Origin: the human T2T-CHM13v2.0 reference genome, Homo sapiens | Length of the DNA stretch: 64,000 nucleotides | Direction: 5' to 3' (one strand) | Assembly: GCF_009914755.1 (NCBI RefSeq) | Contig: NC_060935.1 | Shown: piece after piece, positions 26,350-39,559 of the stretch | How the letters are laid out: each line of letters begins with the position of its first letter | Position numbering within the stretch: the stretch's first letter is position 1 | The notes under the pieces: generated by a model | Seen by the model: only the letters and a program-made list of their open reading frames with translations | Databases searched by the model: none | Told to the model about the DNA's origin: nothing | Translations under genes and position numbers: made by a program

Positions 26350-26680
26350 AATTTTGGAAACATCATAATTTATATTAGAGTTAATCTTGTTTATATCTGT
26401 CTCTCCTACTAGAATAAAAACTCCTTGATCATGAAAGATACGTCTAATTTCACCAACTCCCACAACAATGGTAATAATAATAACTGTAGCCAATAAGTAT
26501 ATAATGTTTACTGTGTGATAGCAACCTCTCCAAGCAGAATACAAGGATTCAGTCTTTCCATACTTTGAGACGATGAAAATGTGTCATAGAGAGACACAAG
26601 TTTGTATACCTTGTATATACCAGAATTTTCAATTAGAAATTCTGGATCTGGTGTCTTTACTATTAAACATATGCAATACT
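26350..26680. mobile_element. L2 3' end (+) followed by a MIR (-)
   Basis: atatctgtctctcctactagaataaaaactccttga, then ataactgtagcc...tttactgtgtgataggc-like antisense MIR text. Confidence 0.55.
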
Positions 26681-29340
26681 GCTCCTTTACTGAAACTAAG
26701 TATGGTGCTTTGTATAATTTAATTACGCTACTACTATTTTCTTTTTACCCAGAGTCTTACTTCAAAAATATACTCCATTAATTTATTAAATCAACAAATA
26801 TTTATTAAGGTACTTTCTTTTTGCTTAGGGTTCTGCACCAAACCAGGGTGTCAGCCAAAACGTCACTTATAAGTACACTTTACTCATTTATAGCAGTTAT
26901 CAATCTCCAAATTATGTCTTCATAGTTTTTAATGACTAATGTAAACCTGAAGCAGTGTTGATTATTTTAGTGCATTGATTCATCCTTTTAGACTTGTTAC
27001 TGACAAGCAGCATTATGAAGAAAATGAATTTTAGTAAGAGTTGAGTGGCTGGGAAATTTTAACAAATGACTTTAGACAAATGATTTCCTTGTTTATCAGG
27101 GTAGATATATCAGAATCCAAACCAGTGAGAAATTCTTACATTACAGGAGGGAAAACTTTTAGGCCCAGGAGCAAGCCTTTGATGCAACAAATGTTGACAT
27201 TTGAATTCATCATGTTATAACAGTTTGGAAAATAGCTGCTTACCTATAAAAGTTAAATTTACTCTTTTATCCATTCACATGAATTGCTTGAGTCATGTCA
27301 ATCTGTTTGTCATGTTTCCAGTGTAGTACCACAAATAAGCTATTATTTTTTTCTCCTGATTCAACATTTAGATTTGAATGTTTGATATGCATTTCTTAAT
27401 ATGGCATTAAATGAAATGCAGAAATACTGGTAACTAAAAACAGTTGTCCTTCTGAGATACAGGAGGTGAAGGATTCAAAACATGAGGCTGCTACTCTGGA
27501 CCCATTAAATGTTCAGCATTCAATAGCTGTTTAATGTCACCAATGTAGCTAGTTAATGACTAGTTCTTCCCATACTAGCTTTCAAAAGTTCCATTATAAC
27601 ATTTTTTTGTGGTCTTCTGTACTATGGTTCTCTCTAATGTGACAGCCAATCAAATAGTGTCCGGTTAAGGCAACAAACAGATACGCTAAATATTTTCAAA
27701 AAAAGTGCTAACATGTTTTACACTTTTCAAAAATAACATTAATATTAAAATCTACTAAATAAATATATAATCACATGACCTAACTTTCCATTTTTCAGAT
27801 CGCATATTCACAAAAAAAACTAGTTTTTATAGTGAGTTGATCTCTCGCTTTGCAACCCCTGCATTTTCTACTAATTGCTTTCATTTATTTCTTTTTTCCC
27901 TTTTATTTATCCTAATGTTTCTCGGCTTGCATAGGACATTTTAAAAGTTCACAATGCTTTTACTTCAGCCTGTTCTCAACTGATACCTAGAATGTAGATT
28001 ATAATTGCTCGACATTATCATATTTGCCAGTGGTGATATCAGGTAGCATTGTCTCAATAACCAAATGAATGCTTAAAGGAGATGCTATGGGAGAACAAAT
28101 GTACTTTTTTATAAAATGGCAACAAGCAGATAAGGTAATATATAATGAGTGTCACATATTTTATTTCAAGTCATCAGATAACATTGTCTCTGCTATTTCA
28201 AATGTAAATGATAAAATGATAAAATGACAAATAATAAAAAATATATAGCTAAGATGTCTGCCTAAATTAAAAATACATTTAGACATTAATGGAAATTACA
28301 TTTTCTGAATCATAATTTTAAAAAGTATATATATAATTTTATTTCCAATGACATTCCCAAGATATTATGTGATATTCAGTTAAGTATTTTATTATTCAAT
28401 GAACAAGTGCAAACACCAACAATACCTCTTGAACAACCTACCAGATGTTATTCATCACTTAAGTAAAGAATACTATCCTTTCTGTTGTACTGGCACTCAG
28501 CTAAGTTATAAAGATCCATAGGAGCTTCCAGAGAATATATAAATTATTAAATCAGAAAATAATCTAGATTTCCCTAGGTTTATGCTAAAACCCATAACTT
28601 TGCAATTATGGTTATTGCAACTTGAATGATATGTGAATAACAAAAGAAAATACCGTCTGCCATTAAAATTATTAAATTAACTCTCAAAAAATGTGTATTT
28701 TAAAATTAACTCCCAAATAAAACTCACAGATTCTAGTAACCTTGACAATTATTAACAATTGAATTTAAAATGTATCGAAAAACATAATTGATATATAACT
28801 CATTTTTAAATATGCATGCTGCAAACTTAGCAAACCTAATGCTTTGGTGCATAAAGGAAACAAAAATGTCATCCATTCAAATTCTAGAACAAAAATAAAT
28901 CATTTATTTCCATATTTCTATGGAATAAGGTAGAAACCACATATAAGAAGAATGAATTTCAGAGGTATGTTCCATCGTTTTCATGAAGTACTAAGAAGTT
29001 TAAAGAATATAAACTCTAAGCAAGTTACATTGATTATAGAACTTACTGGCTGATAATTCCTGTTAGGTTAGTTTCCCTATCTTTCCTCTTTCCTTTTACT
29101 CATATGAACCTTTGTTTTCCTTTCAGATTTAATTCATGACTGACACAAACATTGACTATAATCCAAATAATTTAATTATTTTTTCCACTTTGCAAATTGA
29201 ACTGTTTAAACTTACTGCTCAGTGAGCACAAATAAAAATAAAATATTTATCTCAGTGCTTTATCTGTAGGAAAACAACAGAATATTCCAATCCCTGTAAG
29301 TTATAGTTCTTGGTTTCCAGCTTTAAGAAGCAGAGTGTCG

Positions 29341-29755
<415 letters not shown>

Positions 29756-30139
29756 TCAGTTTACATCTTAGCATCCATCTCCAAGCAAAATGGACACTGA
29801 AAAAATAAAAATATAAAAACTGAGTATTTCATAGTAAACTTAGACATCATATTATATTTTTATAGCTACGTTAACTCAGCTATGATTTAAATATGTCGTA
29901 TTCAGACAAAATGCATTTCAATCACACTAAGCAATTCAATTATTTGGAATGAACAAGATTCTCCATAGATAGGCAAATCTATACAAACACATTTTCAAAA
30001 TATATGACAAAGGAGTAAACTGAAGGCATCAACTAGGGTTAAAGTGCATTAAAGATAAAAAATAGTTCCAATTAGAGTCTTTGCCTACTTAATTGTCTAA
30101 GCAGATGTGATAAAAATCTATTGTAGCCTTATGTCATGA

Positions 30140-30335
30140 CAGGAGGATTGACACACTTCTCTAAAGGGGCAGAGAGCAAATGTTATTAGACATTACAGGC
30201 ATGCAGTCTCTTTCCCAAGTACTGAATTATGGTTGTATGTAAGTAAATGGGTGTGTCTGTGTTCCAATGAAACATTCCTGACAAAAATAGAAAGCTCACT
30301 AGGATTCGGCTTCAGGCCAGTTTGCTGACTCCCAG
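30140..30335. mobile_element. MER58A hAT-Charlie MITE (internally deleted)
   Basis: taaaggggcagagagcaaatg...ctgtgttccaatgaaac...cagtttgctgactccc. Confidence 0.75.
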
Positions 30336-30663
30336 CAAAACACATTGGGAGTTCCAACTCAAAAATATCAGTCTTAATACTTGATGGACAATAAAATATA
30401 GAGAACCACAGGAACTGAATTATTAGGGCCCTTAGCTTCAGAATAATCTATGTGATTTAAAATATCCTATAAAACTTGTGGAGTTCTCAGCCCAGAATGA
30501 TGACATATGAGACTGAGAGTAATTATTTATAAACATTAAAAACATAAAGTACATATGAGATATATACCTAAAGGAAAAGATGAGACCTTCTACAGTTAGA
30601 GAGTTACACTGTGGTTATGGAGGAGGTTATTTACAATAACTTAAAGTGACATATGTTTATGTA

Positions 30664-31289
30664 TATTCTATTCTTGTTATGCATAGATTTGATATTTGTA
30701 AACTTCAGATTGGCTAAAATTTATTTGTAACCCCAAAATCAATACTTGTGGCACTTTTGAGGTCATTTGTGGGTACATGCAGAATGGCAAAAATTCTGAA
30801 TTACCCAACAACATATCTTCCCTGAGGCTGAACAAGGCAATGGTCTACCTTCTTGTTTCAGCTCTCATACTGGACACAAGTGTCCTTTTCAAGGTCTATT
30901 TAGTGTCACACTTTTCTCTTTTTTTGTGTTTTTGTTGATGATTTTACTGTTAAAAGTGGCTCCCAAGTGTAGGGCTGAAATGCTTTATCACACTCTGAGC
31001 ACAAGGAGCCTGAGATGTGCCTTATGGAGAAAATGTGTGTGGTAGGTAAGCTTTGTTTAGGCACAAGGTATAGTGCTGGTTACTGTAAGTGCAATGTCTA
31101 TGAATCAACAATATATACTAATTAATGTATCCTTACACATAAAACAAAATTTTGTATGTCAGTTGACAACAATGTTGTGATCTCAGGCTGGCAGGAACCT
31201 AGTCCTATATTTCCCACAGGAGCAATGGTTCAGTATGTGCTAATTCATGGTGACTTCATAGATATAACTACTGCAAACAGACTTGACTG
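30664..31289 (+). mobile_element. MER82 (TcMar-Tigger) DNA transposon, near full length
   Basis: gctaaaatttatttgtaaccccaaaatcaatact...ccttcttgtttcagctctcatact...ggagcaatggttcagtat...gactg. Confidence 0.88.
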
Positions 31290-32154
31290 TGGATATGCGT
31301 ATGTGTGTATGTAAATATATAAATGTGTGTATATCATATATCTCCCTTAGAATAGTATATTAACTACATTCTCTAATAGTCTCCATCACCAATAAATTAT
31401 TTGAAAAAGCCACTGCTTTTTCTAATGAAAGCCTTCCATAGATAATGGATCTTCTATAAGATGATGATGAACAATGTTCTTAACTGTATTGTTCATTCAC
31501 AATCACTAGAAAGTGCTGGGTATTTCAGGTATTTTTACAAGATATTTCTTCTATTGTAACATTTAAATGAATTGGACTGGCACCATGAAATTCAGTGGGA
31601 AAAAAAGTTGAATGAATAACTTATTTATAAAGTTATTTATTCCAAACTTACTTATAAAGCTACCTTTTATAAAGAACAGTTATAAATCAGCAAAATGCCT
31701 CTTTAAAATGAGGATTATGGAAAGATTTAATGAGAAATGTGAGGAACAACTGTTTATACCTAAAATACCACTTCCTCACTAAATACCTCTTCATTTTTTG
31801 AACTCACAATACCTATACCTCATTACTCTCATTACTGTAGACTCCATTGTAATAATCGTTTTACCTTTCCTTGGCTTTGATCTCTTCTTAACCCCTACTC
31901 TGGTGTCTGACACATAAGCAGTTCTCAGTGCTCTTAGTGAACTACGATTATGGAATAGTTAAGTGTCACCACATCACAATGGAGCTTCACGGGCATTTTA
32001 TGTAGACGTATATATGTATACATAATTCATAATATTTAAAACATAACATTTATCTCAGTATAAACTACCTCACACCAATTAGTTTAACTCATACTCCCTG
32101 GGGATTTCTTTTTAAAATTTCCAATCGTCACCTCAGTCTAAGCCTAGCCTAGAA

Positions 32155-32335
32155 TCGTAGACAAAATGTGGACTTTGGTTAAATAGCAGTTCTGGCTCTG
32201 CTACTTAATAACTGCATAACATCCAAAAAGTTACAAAACTTTTCTAATTTTCAGCTTCTTTATATTTTAAGTGTGTGTAGAATAACACCCCTCTTGAGAT
32301 AGTTATGAGGAGTTTACCAGATTTTATATGTTAAA
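32155..32335 (+). mobile_element. MIR
   Basis: ttctggctctgctacttaataactg...ttttcagcttctttatattttaa...gttatgagga. Confidence 0.55.
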
Positions 32336-33334
32336 ATGCCTGACATGTAGTATCCACTTTGCACATGTAAGTTTTCTTTCTTCCAAGGTTGTATTTATGT
32401 GCATATCTTGAAACAGTTCAACAATAAATTTGCGTCTCATGTTGTTTTTAATTTTCAGAAGTGTAGGAATCTGGATGCAGCTGGAAGGCTGTGAGTTATC
32501 AAAAAAAAAAGCCTCTGCTATAGGCAATAATTTTAATGTTAATTAACTCCATCTGGAAGGAAAAGCAGGTGTTGAAATTGATCACTTAAGTACAGAAAGC
32601 AAGGCTGTTTACTAAACTCTCCTTAAATTAATTTGGCTGAACTTGTGGTTAAATTGCTTTCAAGTCACTTTTCTGTAAATGTCTTATACCAAATGCTGAA
32701 ATTGGAAAAAAGACGTAGACCAAGCAGATTTTAATGAAATGTAACAAATTGGACTGAGAGGTCACCTAAAAATAAAAATTACATTTTAAAAATGAAAAAA
32801 TGCAATAGTCAGTTTTGCTTCAACAGCAGATGGAATTTGAACAAAAAGATCTAGGGAATTTCCGTATGTGGGACACAAATCATTTGCATCAGATTAATGT
32901 GGTTTGTCCAAGAAAAGCTTTGGGCTCTTGGCCAAACATATTGAGTCAAATTTGCTCCCTAGAAATTAGCATTTTAACCACCACCCAGGTGATTTTTATT
33001 CTTACTGAAACTTAATCCTTGTTCTAAGGACAGAGAAACACCAAATCACACTAATAGTGACACAGGGCCCTGGATCTATGACAAATAAGAATAGTAGTAT
33101 TCTGAGAAGGTAAAATATAGCAGAGAAACTTAGAAAATATTACTAAGAATAGGCATGCCCAAGTTAAAACTATATATATATATATACCATTTGATAAAAT
33201 ATTGACATAGCGGTAGCATTCATTTAATTGTTTTGCCTTCTGCCATTCCCTAACTCCTCAATAGAAAGCCCAGGTCCCTTAAACTTTTTTTCAAATCTCT
33301 CCATAATCTGATTTGATTGTACATTCCATGTCCA

Positions 33335-33471
33335 GAGCATGGTTTGAAAGCAGGAACCTCAGCATCATCTAGACTACCAGAATCAGAAACTCTGGGGGTG
33401 GAGCAAAGGGATCTGTGGTGTAGCAATTCCTCCAGGTGATTGTGATGCACCCAAAAGCTTGAGAACCATTG
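33335..33471. mobile_element. MER5A
   Basis: gaatcagaaactctgggggtggagc...cctccaggtgattgtgatgcac...ttgagaaccattg. Confidence 0.85.
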
Positions 33472-33624
33472 TGCATTCATCGTGGTTCAACATAGTTTAG
33501 TCAGCTGCTGTGAACAAGGCACGAGGTTGAGACTGTAATGTAGGAAACATCATAATTGGGTTTCTTGTTTCCCTGTCAAACAGAAAAAGAGATTGCCAGA
33601 GCCTGCTAGTGTCTCCAACCATGA

Positions 33625-33862
33625 AATAAGCAACACTTATTGAATATTTACATGTTAGTGCTCTTCTGAGTGTTTTACACTTATTGCCCAATTAATCCTT
33701 ACACAACCTAATGTGGGTTTAAATATTATTACCATTTCACATAATGAAACTGAAGTACAGAGAAATTAAGTGACAACCCCAAAGCCACACAACTGCTAAG
33801 GAACAGAACCAAGAATTGAACTGGGACAGTCTGACTCTAGAGCAAATGATTTTTATCACTCT
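33625..33862 (-). mobile_element. MIR, near full length
   Basis: acacttattgaatatttac...taatccttacacaacc...gaaactgaagtacagagaaattaagtgac...gtctgactctagagc. Confidence 0.85.
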
Positions 33863-34439
33863 TAAACTCTTAGGAAATGTCATCGACTCTCAAACACCAC
33901 CTGAAGAATTCTTACCCTTAATTAAGAGAGACAATGACCAATCTTAGGAAACAAGTAGAATCGATTAACTCAGAATATTTCCAAGATTATGTCGATGATT
34001 TTTCCAACATTTCTCCTTTTTTTGACCACCTTAAAGTGTGACTATCTTTAGGCTTCTATTCAAACATCACTTTACTAGAAAAGCCTTTGGCTGTATGAAT
34101 ATGAAGCAAAGCATAGTGAATCAGAGCCTAGGTTTTCTTATCTATAGACAGAATATAACAGTAATATTATTTAACCATATGGAAATCATATGAAATAAAG
34201 CAATATATGTGAAAGTACATTTTTAAGTTTTAGAACATTAATTATATGCTTGTAATGTGGTGTCACAGAATTTTTGATATACAGGATTGTAAAGACCTAT
34301 TAATTAGACAATGTCTACTTTAACTGATTTTTTATACCATAATTAGCACTACTTTTATAAACTATTTTCATAAAGTGCTTTTGTGTTAGCAATTCATTTA
34401 CCAAACCCCAACTATCACCCTCCACTCCACAGTTAAATA

Positions 34440-34625
34440 ATATTTTTCAAACTTTCTTGACAAAAAAATTAGCCTGAGGTGCTTTTTAGAAAGCTGTTTT
34501 CTGTACTGTCTTTCTGTAAATTCTAATTATTTGGGACTAGGGTGGGACCTAAATATAGTATCTATATATTTTAAGAAAGATACCAAGTGATTATTATGAT
34601 GAACTGAGTGTGGAAAATACTACAG
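34440..34625. mobile_element. MER5B-like hAT fragment
   Basis: ttctaattatttgggactagggtgggacc...ccaagtgattattatgatg. Confidence 0.5.
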
Positions 34626-34799
34626 TCAACTCAAATTCTTTTAGATGTTTAAAAATAAAATTACAAAAAAATCCTTACACTCTTATTTAATAGTAGCATA
34701 AAGATTATTTTTTGGATGTAAGTATGCTCATTTGTTTATATACAAATGAGGATAGGCATAAGAATGTTCTGTTCTAAGAAACACTGCATATTGTTGTGT

Positions 34800-35004
34800 T
34801 AAAATTGCCTACAGTATTCAGTACAGTAACATGTTTTACAGTTTGTAGCCTAGGAACAATAGGCTATACAATATAGCCTAGGTATATTGGAGGCTATACC
34901 ATCTAGGTTTGTGTAAGGATACTCTATGATAATTGCAAAAGGACAAAAATGCCTAAGGATTCTTTTCTCAGAACCCAACCCCATTGTTAAGTGACACATA
35001 ACTG
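34800..35004 (+). mobile_element. Tigger3 (MER7) 3' fragment
   Basis: aattgcctacagtattcagtacagtaacatg...tagcctaggaacaataggctata...gttaagtgacacataactg. Confidence 0.88.
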
Positions 35005-35127
35005 TGTTTATCTATCAAAATACTTATAGTTAAATAAATACCAGGTTATCAGTTCTTTACCTCAATATATTTGTCAGTAATGGTAGAGGAGTAATCATTT
35101 CCTAAAAGGAAAATATATTTGAAGAAG

Positions 35128-35550
35128 GTATTAATTTGGATAGACTAGGTTATGATACAGTAATAAATTTGACCCTAAATTTCAATGGCTTAATACAGCA
35201 AGTATTTCTTGCTCAATCACAGTACATGTCTATTGAGGAGCAGAAAGGATTGGGAAAATTAGAACGAAGAAGCTACTCCATGTGGTTACTAAGGGAACCA
35301 GACTGAGTTTCTACCGCCTTCCAGTTACAGCACTTAGAATTTGCCAGCTCTTTGATTATCAAAGTATGGGAAGGGAGAAACTGAGAAACAGCACTTGAGT
35401 GTCTCGCTGCCTCAAGCTGGAAATGACACATTTCAGTCCATAGTTCATTGGCCAAAACAGTCAAATGGCCCAGTCAAAATGAAAGGGGGCTTGGAAGTAC
35501 AGAGTGACATATGGAATATTACACAAACCTTATTATCTCTGCCTCTGTCT
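35128..35550 (-). mobile_element. MLT1 (J/K/L-type) MaLR LTR
   Basis: gatagactaggttatgatacagtaa...tcaatggcttaatacagcaag...ttcattggccaaaacagtca. Confidence 0.7.
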
Positions 35551-35974
35551 ACTTTAAGCCCAGTGAGTTTCCTAAATAATCACCTATCTTTAGTAAATTT
35601 AGAGCTACCAAGTAGTCTGGGAAAAAGATAGGCTTTAATTGAACTGGTCTCTCTCTCACCCCAATAATTTGAAATTTACTTAAGACTGTTAGTGGATAAT
35701 TCATTAAATTACAAGGAGTATACATTAAACAGCTAAGTTGTGTGATACATGCTTTGATTGCAAAAAGTGAACACGTTTTAGTGAGGCAGAGCTTCATGAA
35801 AGAAATTGGATAAATTAGGACCATACGATTTAGAAAAAATCTGAAAATATGCTAGTAGAGAAACTTTGAGGGAACTATCAGAAGAAAATATAAGTCATGT
35901 TTGTGTTATTAAGATAAGCATAGAAATGAGTACATGATTTATAAAAACAAACTATGCTTTATCATTATAGGAAA

Positions 35975-36170
35975 GAAAAAAATCATTTTTGAGATCCATT
36001 CATATGCAAAGACTCTGCTAATGCTTTACCTATGTTATCTGTATTTCTTCACTGCAAAAAATCATTAGAGGCAAACATTCCCATTTTACAGATGAGATAA
36101 AAAACGTGAAGCAACTAGGCCAAGGTAACACAATTAGTAAACAGCAAAACTAAGATTCAAACCCATGATT
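35975..36170 (-). mobile_element. MIR
   Basis: cccattttacagatgag...caaggtaacacaattagtaa...gattcaaaccca. Confidence 0.8.
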
Positions 36171-37079
36171 GGGGGTCCATTGTTTATGTGTGGGAATGTT
36201 TGTGTATTTTTCCCATTAAGTGATGCTATGATAACCTAGAGCCTCCTTCACTAAAACACTGCCTTTATGACAGAGAAAGAATATTTCTTCTATAAAACTC
36301 TATTAGTAATTTTGAATCAAGTCATAATCTACTCCTAGCCATACTCATTGAGCCTGTGGTAATGTATGTATAACATCTCTGTACTACGGGACCTTGGACA
36401 TGTAAAACAAATAGGCAAGATCATTGAGGCATATTCCTTTGAACAGCCCTTCTCTGCCTTTTTCTTCTAAATTGCACAAGAATTGGCAGCTAATTAGCAG
36501 CTGATTAGCAACATTGATAAACCATGTGACAAAAACAAATGCTGTGCTAACAGAAGGGACAGAGCTTTTCAATGAATATGAAATAGGATATAGAGATAAA
36601 ACCAATTTGCCGAAACTAGCTTCCTATGCTTCTCACTGTATTTTATATTTTCTTAGTTCATTCATCCATTCAAATATTTATAACTACTATGTTCAAGACA
36701 ATGTGGTAGTTTTGAGGATGAAAAAATGACTCAAACACAATCCCTTCCTTCAAGGAGCTCAGGATATATATAGCAAGATGATTAAGGAGTCTGTACAGTT
36801 CCTCTTTGTAAATGACCTTCATGAAGCCAGAAACAGATCTTTTTAGGTAAAACTTGGCATTATATTGATGCATCCCATACATGCACATCTGTGCAGCATC
36901 TGACTACACATTTGCTAGACTGCTATGAAAGTGGTCATGAAATCTATGGCTAAGAAACAAAGCAAAACATTTTATATGTATGAGAAGTGGATCTTAGACA
37001 TTAGTTTGAGGTGTTTTGATGGACAAGTTTTCAGTAAATCTGAACTGCTTCTTTTCCAAGTAAAAGCATTTAATTATTC

Positions 37080-37540
37080 TCCATTTGCAAGACAGTTCTA
37101 ATTCCTTAAATTGACATACAAGGTTTTGGCTTACATTTCTTTTCTCTTTATGCCCTTCCCTCAATCTTTTGCGGATCTCAGAACATGCCAGGCCATATCA
37201 CATTTGGGCTACTTACTCCTTTTAGCTTGACACCCTACCGACTCACTTTATCTTTATAATTCTTTCTGACACATCAAGGTACAGGTAACCATCAAATGTA
37301 GAAAAAAATCTTCCTTGAACTCCAGCTGAAGTTGCTTTGCTTTCTGCAGTCCCCACTATTTGCTTACATTGAACTCATCACACCATGTAAGAGATACGTT
37401 ATTTGACCCCTATTTCTCCCTTTTAGTCTTTGAGATTCTCAAGAGCACAAGTTGTGTCATCTCTGTATTTTTGGTGGCTAATACTTTGCAAGGAAATAGT
37501 ATGAATTTAATAAATAGTTGATTAAGTGAACCAATAAATT
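37080..37540 (+). mobile_element. L2 3' portion
   Basis: tgagattctcaagagcacaagttgtgtcatctctgta...aataaatagttgattaagtgaa. Confidence 0.55.
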
Positions 37541-37653
37541 TGTGTGCTATTCGGATCCAAATCTATGATAGGAATATATGAATGCTGCACTAATATGTTT
37601 CCGTCACAGGAGAATCTGCTTTAAGCTATAGCATTTTTTAAAGATATGTATAA

Positions 37654-38344
37654 GTCAGGAAACAACAGGTGCTGGAGAGGATGTGGAGAAATAGGAACAC
37701 TTTTACACTGTTGGTTGGACTGTAAACTAGTTCAACCATTGTGGAAGTCAGTGTGGTGATTCCTCAGGGATCTAGAACTAGAAATACCATTTGACCCAGC
37801 CATCCCATTACTGGGTATATACCCAAAGGACTATAACCTGTGCTGCTATAAAGACACATGCACCCGTATGTTTATTGCGGCACTATTCACAATAGCAAAG
37901 ACTTGGAACCAACCCAAATGTCCAACAATGACAGACTGGATTAAGAAAATGTGGCACACATACACCATGGAATGCTATGCAGCCATAAAAAATGATGAGT
38001 TCATATCCTTTGTAGGGACATGGATGAAATTGGAAATCATCATTCTCAGTAAACTATCGCAAGAACAAAAAACCAAACACCGCATATTCTTACTCATAGG
38101 TGGGAATTGAACAATGAGAACACATGGACACAGGAAGGGGAACATCACACTCTGGGGACTGTTGTGGGGTGGGGGGAGGGGGGAGGGATAGCTTTAGGAG
38201 ATACACCTAATGCTAAATGACGAGTTAATGGGTGCAGCACACCAGCATGGCATGTGTATACATATGTAACTAACCTGCACATTGTGCACATGTACCCTAA
38301 AACTTAAAGTATAATAATAATAAAATAAAATAAAATAAAAAAAT
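37654..38344 (+). mobile_element. L1PA3-like 5'-truncated insertion (ORF2 C-terminus, 3'UTR and (A4T)n tail)
   Basis: Canonical L1 3' text; TSD aaagatatgtataa (37640-37653) / aaagacatgtctaa (38345-38358) at a TTTT/AA site. Confidence 0.95.
37868..38110 (+). pseudogene. L1 ORF2p C-terminal remnant (non-functional)
   Basis: MFIAALFTIAKTWNQPKCP...WIKKMW...LEIIILSKLSQEQKTKHRIF..IGGN is the L1 ORF2p C-terminus. Confidence 0.9.
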
Positions 38345-39559
38345 AAAGACATGTCTAAACGTTATCCTCATAAATTCAGCCATTTTAATAAGACAGATAA
38401 ATAGACCATATAGAACAAAGATTTATATGAATGTCGATTTTTAACGGCTGCTCTCAATATAGTTTGTATTTGTTATGATCATATCTTAGTGACATGATTA
38501 TATCTAGGAGATTCCACTAGAATTAGAGACTTTTTAATCCTCTTCTTCCACAGACAGCAGCTATCTGAGAGTTCTTTACCACCCACCTTTGCAAAAAAGC
38601 TAAAACTTAAAAAAGTATAACATGTTTTCTTCTGAACTTTCTTAAGTGCGGATAGAAAAGAAAAAATAAAAAGAGAGAGAAACAACTCCTAGGTTCAGAC
38701 AACGAGAAGACGAATGCAACTTAGCAATGGAGCCTAAGACACTTGCGAAGCAAATAAGGAGGTTGAGCCATAAAATGAAAGATTGCTGTGACAATTAACC
38801 TGTGAATACCACAGTCAGTATACAGTTTTCTTACCTCCCAGTTCAGCGTTCTTTCCAACAAACCTCCTTTCTAATTTATATTTCTTATCTCAGGAGTAAC
38901 TGACTTCCCAGAATTGAGAGATAACTGTGGCTATAGGGAGTCAGGCCAACTGATAGAAAAGCAGTTGTTTTGAATCTGATTTAAAGTGGCATCTAACTAG
39001 TAACCTTTGACATATCTTTTAACTCCCTCCTAATTTTTAAAATAATGACACCTGAAAAGGCAAAGGAGCAAACTTTTGAGATTGCCAAAATGAGGAATCA
39101 GGTGGTCTTAATTTGATAGAGTGTGGTGGTTAACTTGCGCCTCGCCTTATGAAGGAAATTAATTTCTCTTGCAAAAAGAAAGAAGATTCTTCATATTGGT
39201 ATTACATTAACTCAGAGACGCAGGGTCCATTAAAAGAAAAGAAAAACCAGCTTTGTTGCTGTGGTGGTGGTAGTTTCGAGTGACAGAAAATAACGCAGTA
39301 AAGAATGAGATATGATTCTATTTCAGTTTAGAAGAGCTATGCCAGATGAATTTCTATGCACATACGCAATTGCCTTCCAGATGTTAAACTGAGAAAAGGT
39401 TCCCTAAGAAGGTTCCCTAAGAATGAAAATATTCAGGCAGAAGATTTAAGAGCAATCTCCAGACCCTATCTGTTGGAAAACCTCACATCTATATATCTCT
39501 ATCTTTGGCTCTATTTGGAAGAAAAAAACAAAAAACTTAACAAAAAAGTATAAACAATT

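Noticed and set aside
38153-38190. G-quadruplex motif (also at 5651-5680)
   Set aside because: It is the standard G-rich tract of the L1 3'UTR and is not locus-specific.
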